Shown here: piece by piece, positions 26,011 through 34,733 of the stretch
Numbering within the stretch: position 1 is the first letter of the stretch
How the letters are laid out: each line of letters opens with the position of its first letter
DNA from: Patescibacteria group bacterium
GTDB taxonomy: Bacteria; Patescibacteriota; Minisyncoccia; Phycocordibacterales; JBBUBG01
Assembly (NCBI GenBank): GCA_040384765.1
Contig: JAZKIQ010000010.1
Span: 43,208 to 80,416 of the forward strand
Length of the DNA stretch: 37,209 nt
Direction: 5' to 3'
Program-made: the position numbers and the translations under genes
Notes under the pieces: generated by a model
Told to the model about the DNA's origin: nothing
The model's database searches: none
Seen by the model: the letters and a program-made list of their open reading frames with translations, nothing else

Positions 26011-26075
26011 TATGGGAATCGGACCCATGTTAAAGGCTCCACAAGCCTCTGTGTTACCATTACACCAATGCCTCC
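26004..26075 (-). tRNA. tRNA-His(GTG)
   Basis: 8-bp acceptor with G-1 (GGAGGCAT/ATGCCTCC), anticodon loop TTGTGGA and T-loop TCCGATT; no full CCA. Confidence 0.9.
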
Positions 26076-26087
26076 ATGCTCTGCCGC

Positions 26088-26609
26088 CTATCTATATTTT
26101 GGCGGTCTTTCTTTTATACCACTCTTTTTAGCCTGATGTCGAGCCAAGGCGTACAGGAGCGACGAGAGCCTGTTCATATATGAAAGGATCTGATCAGAGA
26201 TAGGTGTCTCCTCATGGAGCGCCACCAGTGAGCGCTCCGCTCTACGGGCTACCGTCCGCGCGCAGTCAAAAAGAGCAGAAGGTACATTTGCCCCGGCAAG
26301 CAAAAAGGTACGGAGCGGCGGAAGCTTTTTCTCAAGCTCATCCGTCTTTTCTTCAAGAAAAAGTGTCCGATCAGGCCCGATCCGTTTTGAGGAGCCCGCC
26401 ACTTCCGCCTGGATCGTGAAAATATCGTGCTGGAGCTCTTCGAGCATCTCTTTCCCCGACCCTCTCACCTTTGTTTTACACAACCCAATCCACGATCCGA
26501 GCTCATCAAGTGATCCGAGCGCCTCTATCACCAGATCAGTTTTTGAAACACGCTTGGCCGACCCAAGATGAGAGGTCTTTCCCTTATCTCCATTTCCTGT
26601 GTAGAGCAT
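26088..26609 (-). CDS. pduO: PduO-type ATP:cob(I)alamin adenosyltransferase
   Basis: Motifs YTG.GDKG.T, G.LDEL, ARTVARRAER and NRLS. Confidence 0.88.
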   Translation of the reverse strand: MLYTGNGDKGKTSHLGSAKRVSKTDLVIEALGSLDELGSWIGLCKTKVRGSGKEMLEELQHDIFTIQAEVAGSSKRIGPDRTLFLEEKTDELEKKLPPLRTFLLAGANVPSALFDCARTVARRAERSLVALHEETPISDQILSYMNRLSSLLYALARHQAKKSGIKERPPKYR

Positions 26610-26879
26610 CTATTTTTTGAAATACGCTTTAAACACATGCCGCTTAACCACAAGATAGGTGCCCACACTGTTGCCGAGTGCATACGCCAAAATCGAGCTC
26701 ACCGCTTCGTCCTCGAGACGTGCCAAAATGGCATACAGTACGAGCAGGTTCACGACCGTCAGAAGCCCCGCCATGAACGCCGCAGTCTTTGCTCGATCCG
26801 TCGTAATGACCTGATAGTAGTACGTAACCAAGAGATCCTGGAAAACACCCACTGCAAAAAAGAGGACGAGGTTATGCAT
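26610..26879 (-). CDS. Small three-TM membrane protein
   Basis: Hydrophobic 89 aa with AYALGN.VGTY; abuts the pduO start. Confidence 0.6.
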   Translation of the reverse strand: MHNLVLFFAVGVFQDLLVTYYYQVITTDRAKTAAFMAGLLTVVNLLVLYAILARLEDEAVSSILAYALGNSVGTYLVVKRHVFKAYFKK

Positions 26880-26881
26880 GC

Positions 26882-27092
26882 CTAGGACATGACTAAAACC
26901 CCTAGATCCGCGAAGCTGAAACAGAAACTGCTTTCTGTTTCAGGCGATGCCGGTCTTGCGGCACATGCCGTTGTCGAGCAAAGCGAGACAGGCATGAGCT
27001 TACGGAAGAAAAAAGCGAGCTGTACATGAGGTACAGTGAGGGTTTTTCGACCGATGGCGACAAAGGAGATGGGGGTTTTAGCCATGTTCTAA
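26882..27092. repeat. MITE-like structured element (about 210 bp)
   Basis: Imperfect TIR TAGGACATGACTAAAACCCC / GGGGTTTTAGCCATGTTCTA; 42-nt core identical to 9750-9791. Confidence 0.75.
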
Positions 27093-27574
27093 CGTGTTGC
27101 GATCGCAATGAGAGTACCAATCTCAACACGGTGCCGCGCCGCAAACCCAGCAGGCACCTCAAGTGCATACTGAGCCTTTTCGCGCGGGGCAAAGAGTTCA
27201 GGATAGGTTTTAGGTGACAGGTTTGCTGCGATATCGACCACCCGGCCGTTGGTATCCATCCAGATAATATCGATAGAAAAAAGCATATCCTTCATCCAGA
27301 ATGCATAGAGATCGGGCCGCTCAAACACAAACAGCATCCCCTCGTTCTCTCGCAACAAAGCCCGGCCAGAGAGACCGTGCTCGCGCACAGCAGGAGTATC
27401 TGCAACGATAGCCGAGACAAGCGTGGACCCGATCCGGAGAGCCGTGCGCTTTTCGACAGGAATCTCTTGCGCAAGAGAGGCGAAGAAGCGATCGCGCGAG
27501 AGGTAGAGGTCCGCCAGTGAAAAAGCGACGGCAAGACAGAGCGCGAGAATGATCGTGCGCTTACGGAAGTTCAT
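27089..27574 (-). CDS. DUF192 family protein
   Basis: Motifs ADT...R..GL, GMLFVF, FWMKDM..SIDIIW and LEV.AG. Confidence 0.9.
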   Translation of the reverse strand: MNFRKRTIILALCLAVAFSLADLYLSRDRFFASLAQEIPVEKRTALRIGSTLVSAIVADTPAVREHGLSGRALLRENEGMLFVFERPDLYAFWMKDMLFSIDIIWMDTNGRVVDIAANLSPKTYPELFAPREKAQYALEVPAGFAARHRVEIGTLIAIATR

Positions 27575-27647
27575 AGGGCGAATTATAGCATGAGCAGGCC
27601 TAAGGGGTTGAAAAACCCGAATAAACCCTTTATAGTAAGAAACCTAA

Positions 27648-27731
27648 GCGCGGGTGGCGAAATTGGCAGACGCACTACCTTGAGGTGGTAGCTCCCTCAC
27701 GGGATTGGAGGTTCAAGTCCTCTCCCGCGCA
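27648..27731 (+). tRNA. tRNA-Leu(GAG)
   Basis: Acceptor GCGCGGG/CCCGCGC, anticodon loop TTGAGGT, long variable arm and T-loop TTCAAGT. Confidence 0.93.
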
Positions 27732-27776
27732 CAGATTGCGAAGCGATGAAAAAGACCCCTAAATGGGGTCTTTTTC

Positions 27777-27862
27777 GCGCGGGAGAGGACTTGAAAGCCG
27801 GAAGTCGCGAAGGCGGCTGAGGCGGGGTCGCAGAAATTTCTAGCAAGAAATTATCTGTGCCC
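27777..27862 (+). repeat. Inverted copy of tRNA-Leu 3' end followed by the GAGGCGGGGTCGC repeat
   Basis: GCGCGGGAGAGGACTTGAA (27777-27795) is the reverse complement of the tRNA T-loop and acceptor strand. Confidence 0.75.
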
Positions 27863-27924
27863 AAGTCCTTATTGTATGCGAATACGGCGGCGAGCTGGTC
27901 GGCGCGGGAAAGTCCTCTCCTTTC

Positions 27925-27960
27925 AAACAAAAAACGCCCCTTCTGGGCGTTTTGTTGTTT
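27925..27960. terminator. Intrinsic terminator after rplS
   Basis: AAAACGCCC-cttct-GGGCGTTTT with A/T tails. Confidence 0.65.
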
Positions 27961-28366
27961 ATTCTTTAACCTCGTCTACCTCTGCTTTTTCTGGCTTGTC
28001 TGCCCCGCGGAGCTCCTGCTTCATTTTGCGAGAGATCTCTTTTGCTGCCTTCTCTCGAATATAGTACAGCTTTGCACGGCGTACTTTTGCGTGTTTCGTT
28101 ACCTCGATCTTCTCGATCATAGGAGAGTAGAGTGGGAAGATTCTTTCCATGCCAACACCGCTTGCTACTTTGCGAACCGTGAAAGTGGCTCCTCCTTCAG
28201 TGCCGTGCTTTCGTGCGATCACGAGACCCTCATACACCTGGAGGCGAGTTTTGCCTTTTTCCTGAATTTTCTGGTGTACGCGCACCGTATCGCCAGCTCT
28301 CATCTCGAGAGTCTTGCGGCTTTCAATATTTACGGGCGAAAGTGGGATAGATATTGCTCCTGCCAT
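27959..28366 (-). CDS. rplS: 50S ribosomal protein L19
   Basis: Motifs GDTVRVH, RLQ.YEG.VI, FTVRK...G.G.ERIFP and VRRAKLYY. Start at ATG 28366. Confidence 0.96.
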   Translation of the reverse strand: MAGAISIPLSPVNIESRKTLEMRAGDTVRVHQKIQEKGKTRLQVYEGLVIARKHGTEGGATFTVRKVASGVGMERIFPLYSPMIEKIEVTKHAKVRRAKLYYIREKAAKEISRKMKQELRGADKPEKAEVDEVKE

Positions 28367-28426
28367 AGTGAGAGAGATTGTAGCACACCAAAGAAATCGT
28401 ATCAAGAGGCCCCGAAGCCCGGACCC

Positions 28427-29134
28427 CTAGGCACGCAAAGCTTTGAGGCAAGCCGCAAAATCAGCTGGCTCCTCGGCCACAAATTGGCGAGGGGCCTCCT
28501 CCCCAGGTAGCGTTATTTCAAGCGAGTAGGCATGGAGTGCGTGGCGCGAGAGGCCGCCAAAAGGACACACTGCCTTCCCTCCATATTTCTCATCACACAC
28601 AATCGGGTGGCCGATCGAGCGCATATGAATTCGAATCTGGTGAGTCCTGCCGGTCTTTGGATACGCCTCAAGGTAGGTACAGCTGCTTTTCGGAAACCGC
28701 TCAACCACTTTCCAGTAAGTTAGCGCCTCTCGTGCAAGAGTATCGGTTCTAGGCGCCGTCTTTTGCCTGCGCTCTTCTGGGTCGCTTACAAGCGCGCGAT
28801 CAATCACCCCCCTATCCTCTTTGACCACCCCCTCCACAATGGCACGGTACACTTTCGTCACCTTTCTCTCTCCAAACTGACTTTTGAGCTTTGCGTACGC
28901 CCGCGCAGTTTTCGCAAGAATCATTACCCCGCTCGTGTCTTGGTCGAGCCGATGAACAACACCCGGACGAGCACTATCCTCCCCCACCCCCAAAGCATGA
29001 GGTACACGAGATAGAAGCCATCCTGCAAGAGTGCCAGATAGCCCCGATGGATCCTCTGGGTGCACCAAAAGTCCCGCTGGTTTATCAACGACCAGCACAT
29101 CTTCATTTTCAAAAAGGATCGTTGGTTCTTTCAC
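28427..29134 (-). CDS. RluA-family pseudouridine synthase
   Basis: Motifs VDKPAG, HRLDQDTSG and TGRTHQIR.H. Confidence 0.93.
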   Translation of the reverse strand: MKEPTILFENEDVLVVDKPAGLLVHPEDPSGLSGTLAGWLLSRVPHALGVGEDSARPGVVHRLDQDTSGVMILAKTARAYAKLKSQFGERKVTKVYRAIVEGVVKEDRGVIDRALVSDPEERRQKTAPRTDTLAREALTYWKVVERFPKSSCTYLEAYPKTGRTHQIRIHMRSIGHPIVCDEKYGGKAVCPFGGLSRHALHAYSLEITLPGEEAPRQFVAEEPADFAACLKALRA

Positions 29135-29136
29135 CT

Positions 29137-30435
29137 TTAGTCGTTTGCGGTATAGAGCACAATACTCTTCCAGCTAAGCCGGATCGCGCTCGTAAGCGGC
29201 AAAATGGATACAAGATACAAGAACCCTACTCCCATCTTTGCACACCAGGCAAGTGCACCCTCAAGCCGGAGGCCACGCATATCAGCCAAGGCGTACTTTC
29301 CACCGATCGGAACAATAAAGAGCGGGTTTCGTGGTGTGTAGGAACGAAGCGGCGTTCCTTCTATCGATGCCGCAATATTATATGCAGCCACTTTTGCCTG
29401 ATCCACCGCACGCTGGGCAGTGCGAGGAACTGGACAGTTCTGAACAGGATCAAAACAGAATACGTTGTCTCCGATACCGTACACATGGGGGTACAGGGCA
29501 AGCCGAAGATGCTCGTCTACCAGCATCGATGTTTTGCTTAGCTCAGCGCCAACAATCCGCTCAAGAAGTGAGTTTGCACGAACGCCTGCAGTCCAGATGA
29601 GGAGATCTGCGGTTATGGTGTCCCCGCCCGCACAATACACCTTTCCCTTTTCAAATCGCAGAATACGGCTGCCCAGAGTAACGTTAATCCCAAGCTTCGA
29701 GAGGCGCATGCGAGCTCGAGCGACGAGCCAAGGCTTGGCACCGGGAAGCAACGATTTTCCTTCCTCGATAATCGTGAGCTCCACGTCTTTATAGTCAAGA
29801 CCAAAGCGCACCGCACATTTCTGCAAAAATCCAGGAAGCTCTCCTGCAAACTCCACGCCCGTAAAGCCACCTCCGCCCACAACAACAGATATTGCGTCCC
29901 CTCGTTTTTTTCTTGAAAAAAGCTCCGTAAGCGAATCACGCAGGTTGAGGGCATCGTCAAGATCCTTAAGACCATACGAACGTTCGGAAAGCCCTGCGAT
30001 CCCGAAATAGTTTGTCTCGGCACCAAGAGCAACAACCAGATGTGAAAAATGGAGCAGGCCAGCAAGATTTGCACTGTTCTCCTCACTCTCCACCGACGGG
30101 AAAGAGAGCGCTACCGAACGGTCGGACAAAAAAACTTCCCGGACCGATGCTTGCACAAACTGTACTCGGCTCCCTTTAAAAATATCTTTATACGGTATTC
30201 CGACCAAAGCTTCAATCTCCTCAAAATCCTGGCGATTCTCTCGAAGCATATATACCGTTGCCGTTTCGTACAGCTGCCAGTGCGGAAGATGGTACGCGCG
30301 CTTATCAACGAGCACGATTGAATAGTCAGGAGGAAGAAGCCTGTCGAGATCGAGAGCGGTTCGGACACCCCCAAACCCTCCACCGAGTACCAAAACAAGC
30401 TTGCGTGATTCGAGATCGTGCGAAGAAGACGCCAT
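29137..30435 (-). CDS. ndh: Type II NADH dehydrogenase-family FAD oxidoreductase
   Basis: Motifs GGGFGG, VVGGGGFTGVEFAGEL, WTAGV, IGD and AQ.A. Confidence 0.85.
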   Translation of the reverse strand: MASSSHDLESRKLVLVLGGGFGGVRTALDLDRLLPPDYSIVLVDKRAYHLPHWQLYETATVYMLRENRQDFEEIEALVGIPYKDIFKGSRVQFVQASVREVFLSDRSVALSFPSVESEENSANLAGLLHFSHLVVALGAETNYFGIAGLSERSYGLKDLDDALNLRDSLTELFSRKKRGDAISVVVGGGGFTGVEFAGELPGFLQKCAVRFGLDYKDVELTIIEEGKSLLPGAKPWLVARARMRLSKLGINVTLGSRILRFEKGKVYCAGGDTITADLLIWTAGVRANSLLERIVGAELSKTSMLVDEHLRLALYPHVYGIGDNVFCFDPVQNCPVPRTAQRAVDQAKVAAYNIAASIEGTPLRSYTPRNPLFIVPIGGKYALADMRGLRLEGALAWCAKMGVGFLYLVSILPLTSAIRLSWKSIVLYTAND

Positions 30436-30507
30436 GCTCCTATTGTATACTAAACGTGCGCGGTACCCACTCCTCCCCTCCTTCGCCTCCTCGTATCAAA
30501 TACCCCT

Positions 30508-31101
30508 ATGGAACTAATATCGAGCCTCCTTGGCAACCCCTATCTTCTCTACGGTACCATCACTTTTTTGACGTGGATCGAAGGGCCCATCATTACCCTC
30601 ATCTGCGGTACACTCCTGCGAACAGTTGGTCTACCGGTCGTACCTACATTCATTGCCGTAGTGGTTGGCGACCTTATTGGAGACTCTCTCTGGTACGCAA
30701 TCGGCTACCATGGCGGTCAGCGGTTTGTGCACAGATTTGGGAAATATATAAGCCTTACCGAAGAAAGGATCACAACTGCGATGGAGTACTTCCACAAATA
30801 CCACGAAAGAATACTCCTTCTCTCAAAGCTCTCCATGGGATTTGGCTTTGCCATCCCAACACTTGTCGTCGCTGGAATGACTCGCATACCGTTCAGACGG
30901 TTCCTCTCTATCAATGCATTCGGACAGATGTTCTGGTCGGGAGTACTCCTCGCTATTGGCTATTACGCAAGCCACCTCTATCTCACAATCGGTAGCGTTC
31001 TCGGTAAGGCCTCGCTTTTGTCGGGTGTTGTGCTCATTCTTCTCATATTTTTTGGCTTTAGAAATTACCTTAAAAAGCGCATACTTGAAGAAACACTATG
31101 A
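30508..31101 (+). CDS. DedA-family membrane protein
   Basis: Motifs EGP, GD..WY.IG and AG...PF.RF. Confidence 0.8.
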   Translation: MELISSLLGNPYLLYGTITFLTWIEGPIITLICGTLLRTVGLPVVPTFIAVVVGDLIGDSLWYAIGYHGGQRFVHRFGKYISLTEERITTAMEYFHKYHERILLLSKLSMGFGFAIPTLVVAGMTRIPFRRFLSINAFGQMFWSGVLLAIGYYASHLYLTIGSVLGKASLLSGVVLILLIFFGFRNYLKKRILEETL

Positions 31102-31814
31102 TCTCAATCGTTATCCCTACCCTCAATGAAGAAGCGGCAATCGACCGAACAGTCAGAGGCATTAAAAATGGCCTCCAGCTTCCGTATGAGATTATTGTTT
31201 CCGATGGAAACAGCGCCGACAAAACACGAGAGTACGCTCGCAAAGCTGGAGCCCGCGTAGTTGCCTATGAAGGGGTCGGGCGACAGTCTATCGCCGAAGG
31301 ACGCAATGCCGGTGCACGAGCCTCGACCGGTGCATACATCCTGTTTCTTGATGCAGACTGTTCGGTCGCCGACCCCGACGCATTTTTTAATCGTGCCCTC
31401 TCCCGCTTTGGACACGACAGTGAGCTCACCGCGCTCACCGGCTACGTTCGCGTTTCTCCCGAGAACGAGCATCTTTCTGACAAACTAGTCATGGGGATGG
31501 TAAACACCTATTTCCGCATACTCAACAACATCGTGGGTGTAGGCGCTTCAACCGGCGAGTTTCAGTTCATGCGCAGAGAGGCCTTTTATGCTGTAGGAGG
31601 ATTTCAAAATGTATCTTCCGAAGATATGAACATGTTCCACCGGCTCGCCAAAAAAGGAAAGACTCGTTTTGATCCGGAGCTCGTGGTATATCACACCGGC
31701 CGACGTATTCGAAAGATAGGCTGGACACGACTACTCTTCCAGTGGATGCGAAGCTGGTTTTCTATGGTATTCACTGGAAAAACCCCTTCCACTCCCTGGC
31801 CCGTAGTGCGCTAG
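31098..31814 (+). CDS. GT2 glycosyltransferase
   Basis: Motifs IPTLNEE, SDG.S.D, RNAG, FLDAD and SED. Confidence 0.88.
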   Translation: MISIVIPTLNEEAAIDRTVRGIKNGLQLPYEIIVSDGNSADKTREYARKAGARVVAYEGVGRQSIAEGRNAGARASTGAYILFLDADCSVADPDAFFNRALSRFGHDSELTALTGYVRVSPENEHLSDKLVMGMVNTYFRILNNIVGVGASTGEFQFMRREAFYAVGGFQNVSSEDMNMFHRLAKKGKTRFDPELVVYHTGRRIRKIGWTRLLFQWMRSWFSMVFTGKTPSTPWPVVR

Positions 31815-31821
31815 AGATGCT

Positions 31822-33057
31822 CTAGGAAACTTCAGTATCCAAACGATAGAGTGGCCAGACTGTAAAAAGAAGAAAGTTCGCAATCGCAAATCCTATCGCG
31901 AAGATCCAGAGTGAAAGAGCTCCTTTCTCTATTGAAAAGAAGATGAGAGTACCTAGTGCCCCGAATGCCCCCAATAGGTCAACGAGGATCTTTCGTTTCA
32001 AAAGCTTAGGGTGATCGATCTTCCCGAGTAAAAACGCATATTTTGCAGTAGCCACCACAAACAAAAACGCAGTAATGAGCAGGAAGAAGGCTGGCACCGT
32101 AAACGAAAGCACGAGCCCTGCATACAAAAAGCAAAGACCGAGGTCGACAAGAATCTGAATCGGATCTGTTGGAGAAATAACTCTCGAAAAAAGACGCACC
32201 GAGAAAAAGGTGTTGAACACCAGAAGAGTATAGAAAACGCCAAGCGGAACACTCCGAAGGGTCGGATCAGCTGCCGACCAAGCCAGGACGCCACCGCAAA
32301 AGAAAAGAAGACTCACCGCAATCGCCTTAAGCGTCGCAGCATCCACAGCGCCTCGCTCTCCCCCATGACCTGCTGTATACGGCTTCCGAAACAGTACCGG
32401 CCACAAAAAATTTAATCCGTAGAGCACCGACGTACGGACAAAGCCCTGCGAACGAAAACGCCGAAGCGAGGAGTATCCCTTAAAGTCCATCTTAAAAACA
32501 ACCTTACCTTGTCCGGAAAGGCGTCGGGCGATATCCGTATCGTCTCCGTAAAAAAGAAACCTCTTATCAAAACCGCCCATGGCAAGGAGCGCGCTCTTGC
32601 GCGCGATAAAGTTGCCGCCAAGAATCATGTACCCCACGACTCGATACGTGAGCGGCGCCGAAAACCACCATACAAGCGACATAAAAAGACGCTCGGGCCC
32701 TGACCCATCGTAATAAGCGTACGGACCCGAAAGTGCAACCACGTGTGGGCTTTTTTGAAACTCACGCTCGGCTTTTATGAGCCAATCTGCAGGTACGTGA
32801 GTATCGGCATCTACAAAAGCAACAAACTCCCCGGTAGCTTCAAGGAGCCCGCGCGCGCGAGCAGCATTGGTCCCCTTCTCTTCTTCACGCACTACCCGGA
32901 CCCGATCATAGCGCCCTGCCGCGAGCGCAGTGTTGTCAGTGCTCGCATTATCGACAACAATAATCTCAGAAAATGAATCGAGCCGAAGAGCCGCTTCGAT
33001 ACAAGCTCCAATGTACGCTTCTTCGTTATATGCTGGAATGACCAAGGAAACTTTCAT
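31822..33057 (-). CDS. GT2 glycosyltransferase fused to a multi-TM C-terminal domain
   Basis: Motifs IPAYNEE, VDNASTD, FVDAD and YGDDTD, followed by about six TM helices. Confidence 0.85.
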   Translation of the reverse strand: MKVSLVIPAYNEEAYIGACIEAALRLDSFSEIIVVDNASTDNTALAAGRYDRVRVVREEEKGTNAARARGLLEATGEFVAFVDADTHVPADWLIKAEREFQKSPHVVALSGPYAYYDGSGPERLFMSLVWWFSAPLTYRVVGYMILGGNFIARKSALLAMGGFDKRFLFYGDDTDIARRLSGQGKVVFKMDFKGYSSLRRFRSQGFVRTSVLYGLNFLWPVLFRKPYTAGHGGERGAVDAATLKAIAVSLLFFCGGVLAWSAADPTLRSVPLGVFYTLLVFNTFFSVRLFSRVISPTDPIQILVDLGLCFLYAGLVLSFTVPAFFLLITAFLFVVATAKYAFLLGKIDHPKLLKRKILVDLLGAFGALGTLIFFSIEKGALSLWIFAIGFAIANFLLFTVWPLYRLDTEVS

Positions 33058-33212
33058 AGAGATGCATACATCTTGTGGAGTCTTCGCTTTCTTTCACTTA
33101 TGAGTTTTACTCTCTCGATTGCTAGGCAGAAGATGCTTCCGAAGATGGTTTTTATACTACTAGATGCCAACACTTTGTTAAAGAGAAAGCATGTGGTATG
33201 GTTTTTGTGCTA

Positions 33213-33285
33213 GGGCGATTAGCTCAGTTGGTAGAGCAACCCGTTTACACCGGGAAGGTCGGGGGTTCAAGTCCCTCATCGCCCA
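33213..33285 (+). tRNA. tRNA-Val(TAC)
   Basis: Acceptor GGGCGAT/ATCGCCC, anticodon loop TTTACAC and T-loop TTCAAGT. Confidence 0.93.
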
Positions 33286-33292
33286 CAATTCC

Positions 33293-33365
33293 GCCCCCGT
33301 AGTTCAATGGATCAGAACTGCGGACTTCTAAGCCGCAAATGTTGGTTCGATTCCAACCGGGGGCA
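33293..33365 (+). tRNA. tRNA-Arg(TCT)
   Basis: Acceptor GCCCCCG/CGGGGGC, anticodon loop CTTCTAA and T-loop TTCGATT. Confidence 0.92.
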
Positions 33366-33374
33366 TTACAGCAT

Positions 33375-33668
33375 CTATTCTCCGTTCAGGAATTTTTGAC
33401 GCTTTGTATCGTAGGTACGAATAAAAGAGTCAAACTCTGCCGTTCGCAGCGCCTCAAATCTCTCCGCACTCGTAGGACTCTCTGACGCAGTATCCGCCCA
33501 GAGACGGATAAGCATCGTCCAAGCAAGAAATGCCCCCACGATCACGAGCACAATAAACGAAACTGCGAGCACAACCCAATCTCGGCGTACCGGAAAATCG
33601 GGAAGATGCCCAGGCTCCCCGTGCACCTTTTTCCATCGAGGAAGATATGCTTTGAAATTACTCTTCAT
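33375..33668 (-). CDS. Hypothetical single-TM protein, last gene of the pilMNO operon
   Basis: Overlaps the pilO stop; one TM after RDW. Confidence 0.65.
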   Translation of the reverse strand: MKSNFKAYLPRWKKVHGEPGHLPDFPVRRDWVVLAVSFIVLVIVGAFLAWTMLIRLWADTASESPTSAERFEALRTAEFDSFIRTYDTKRQKFLNGE

Positions 33669-34182
33669 AGCTTTTGAGAAAAAGGATAACCCTTCCCGAC
33701 CATCCGCTTACTCCTTCCGAGAGCACCTGCGACTCGAAAGTGCCGATCGTGAGAACGTACGGAAGATTCTCAAGATCAGACAAAAATGCATGAGCGCCTT
33801 TGAAGCTCCCTCGGAATGTGGCGTTTACCTTGAGCTGCTTTTTTTCACCGACAAGTACCGTATCGAGCGACTCGACCGCAAGCTCGAGGCCTCTACGACT
33901 CGCTGTCTCCTCGATGAGCGAGAGGAACTGCGGCACCTCGTCTTTCGTTACAAAGGCCGCATCAAGCTTTTCGAGCTCAGGCAACGCCTGAGCAAGATCT
34001 TTTTTGAGTCGTATCAGATCAGTCTCTCGCTCTTGCTCGCGGGCAATCGAGGCAAGCAGATCAGCCTTGTCTTGAAATAGCTTTGTGGTTGTGTATCCAA
34101 CCCCAAAGACAACCCCGAGCGAGAGGAGTGCGCATGCCCCCAAAACGAGAACCGTCTGTGTAAGCTTCTCTTTTTTCATCAC
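33658..34182 (-). CDS. pilO: Type IV pilus assembly PilO-like protein
   Basis: TM plus coiled coil, then G.F.....FL..LENLP; follows pilN. Confidence 0.7.
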   Translation of the reverse strand: MMKKEKLTQTVLVLGACALLSLGVVFGVGYTTTKLFQDKADLLASIAREQERETDLIRLKKDLAQALPELEKLDAAFVTKDEVPQFLSLIEETASRRGLELAVESLDTVLVGEKKQLKVNATFRGSFKGAHAFLSDLENLPYVLTIGTFESQVLSEGVSGWSGRVILFLKSYEE

Positions 34183-34733
34183 TTTTTTGAAACGATCTTA
34201 GCGCTTATCGTAAAAGAGATTTTCGAAGGACGCACGAGATTTGAGATCGGAGATTCTACGCTCGTAAAGAGAGGCTCTGCCGCAAGCGCTTTTGAAAATG
34301 CGAGAACCGCCTCACGACTAGCGCCAATACCAGTAATGCGTAGCGTTGCTCCTGGGGCAAGCTCCTTACCCCGATCGTACGATGCTCCTGTAAGGGTCAC
34401 CCCGCTCGGAACATGCGCAAGAAGTCGGGTAACGAAAACGGATGGCGGCGTGAGGTCGAGGGTATTGCCAGCAAGGAAAGAGAGGCGCGCATTGATCTTC
34501 TTCACCTCATCTGCGACACCTGCTGCTTCGCCGTTTTTTATGCGCTCTTGAGTGCGCACAATCTCTTCCGAAAGGAGCGCTTTTTGTGACCGAGCAGCCA
34601 AAAAAATAGGGAGAAAGAAAGCGCTCCAGCTTAATGAAAGAAGCGTAAGCAAAGCAAGGCCAACAGTCACCAGCCGCACTCGGTAGGCAGCTCTATTCTT
34701 CTCTTTGGTCTCTTCCGGCAATAGGTTGATCAT
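34179..34733 (-). CDS. pilN: Type IV pilus assembly PilN-like protein
   Basis: MINLLP N-terminal PilM-binding motif, TM, and P.GV.L...I.G. Confidence 0.85.
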   Translation of the reverse strand: MINLLPEETKEKNRAAYRVRLVTVGLALLTLLSLSWSAFFLPIFLAARSQKALLSEEIVRTQERIKNGEAAGVADEVKKINARLSFLAGNTLDLTPPSVFVTRLLAHVPSGVTLTGASYDRGKELAPGATLRITGIGASREAVLAFSKALAAEPLFTSVESPISNLVRPSKISFTISAKIVSKK

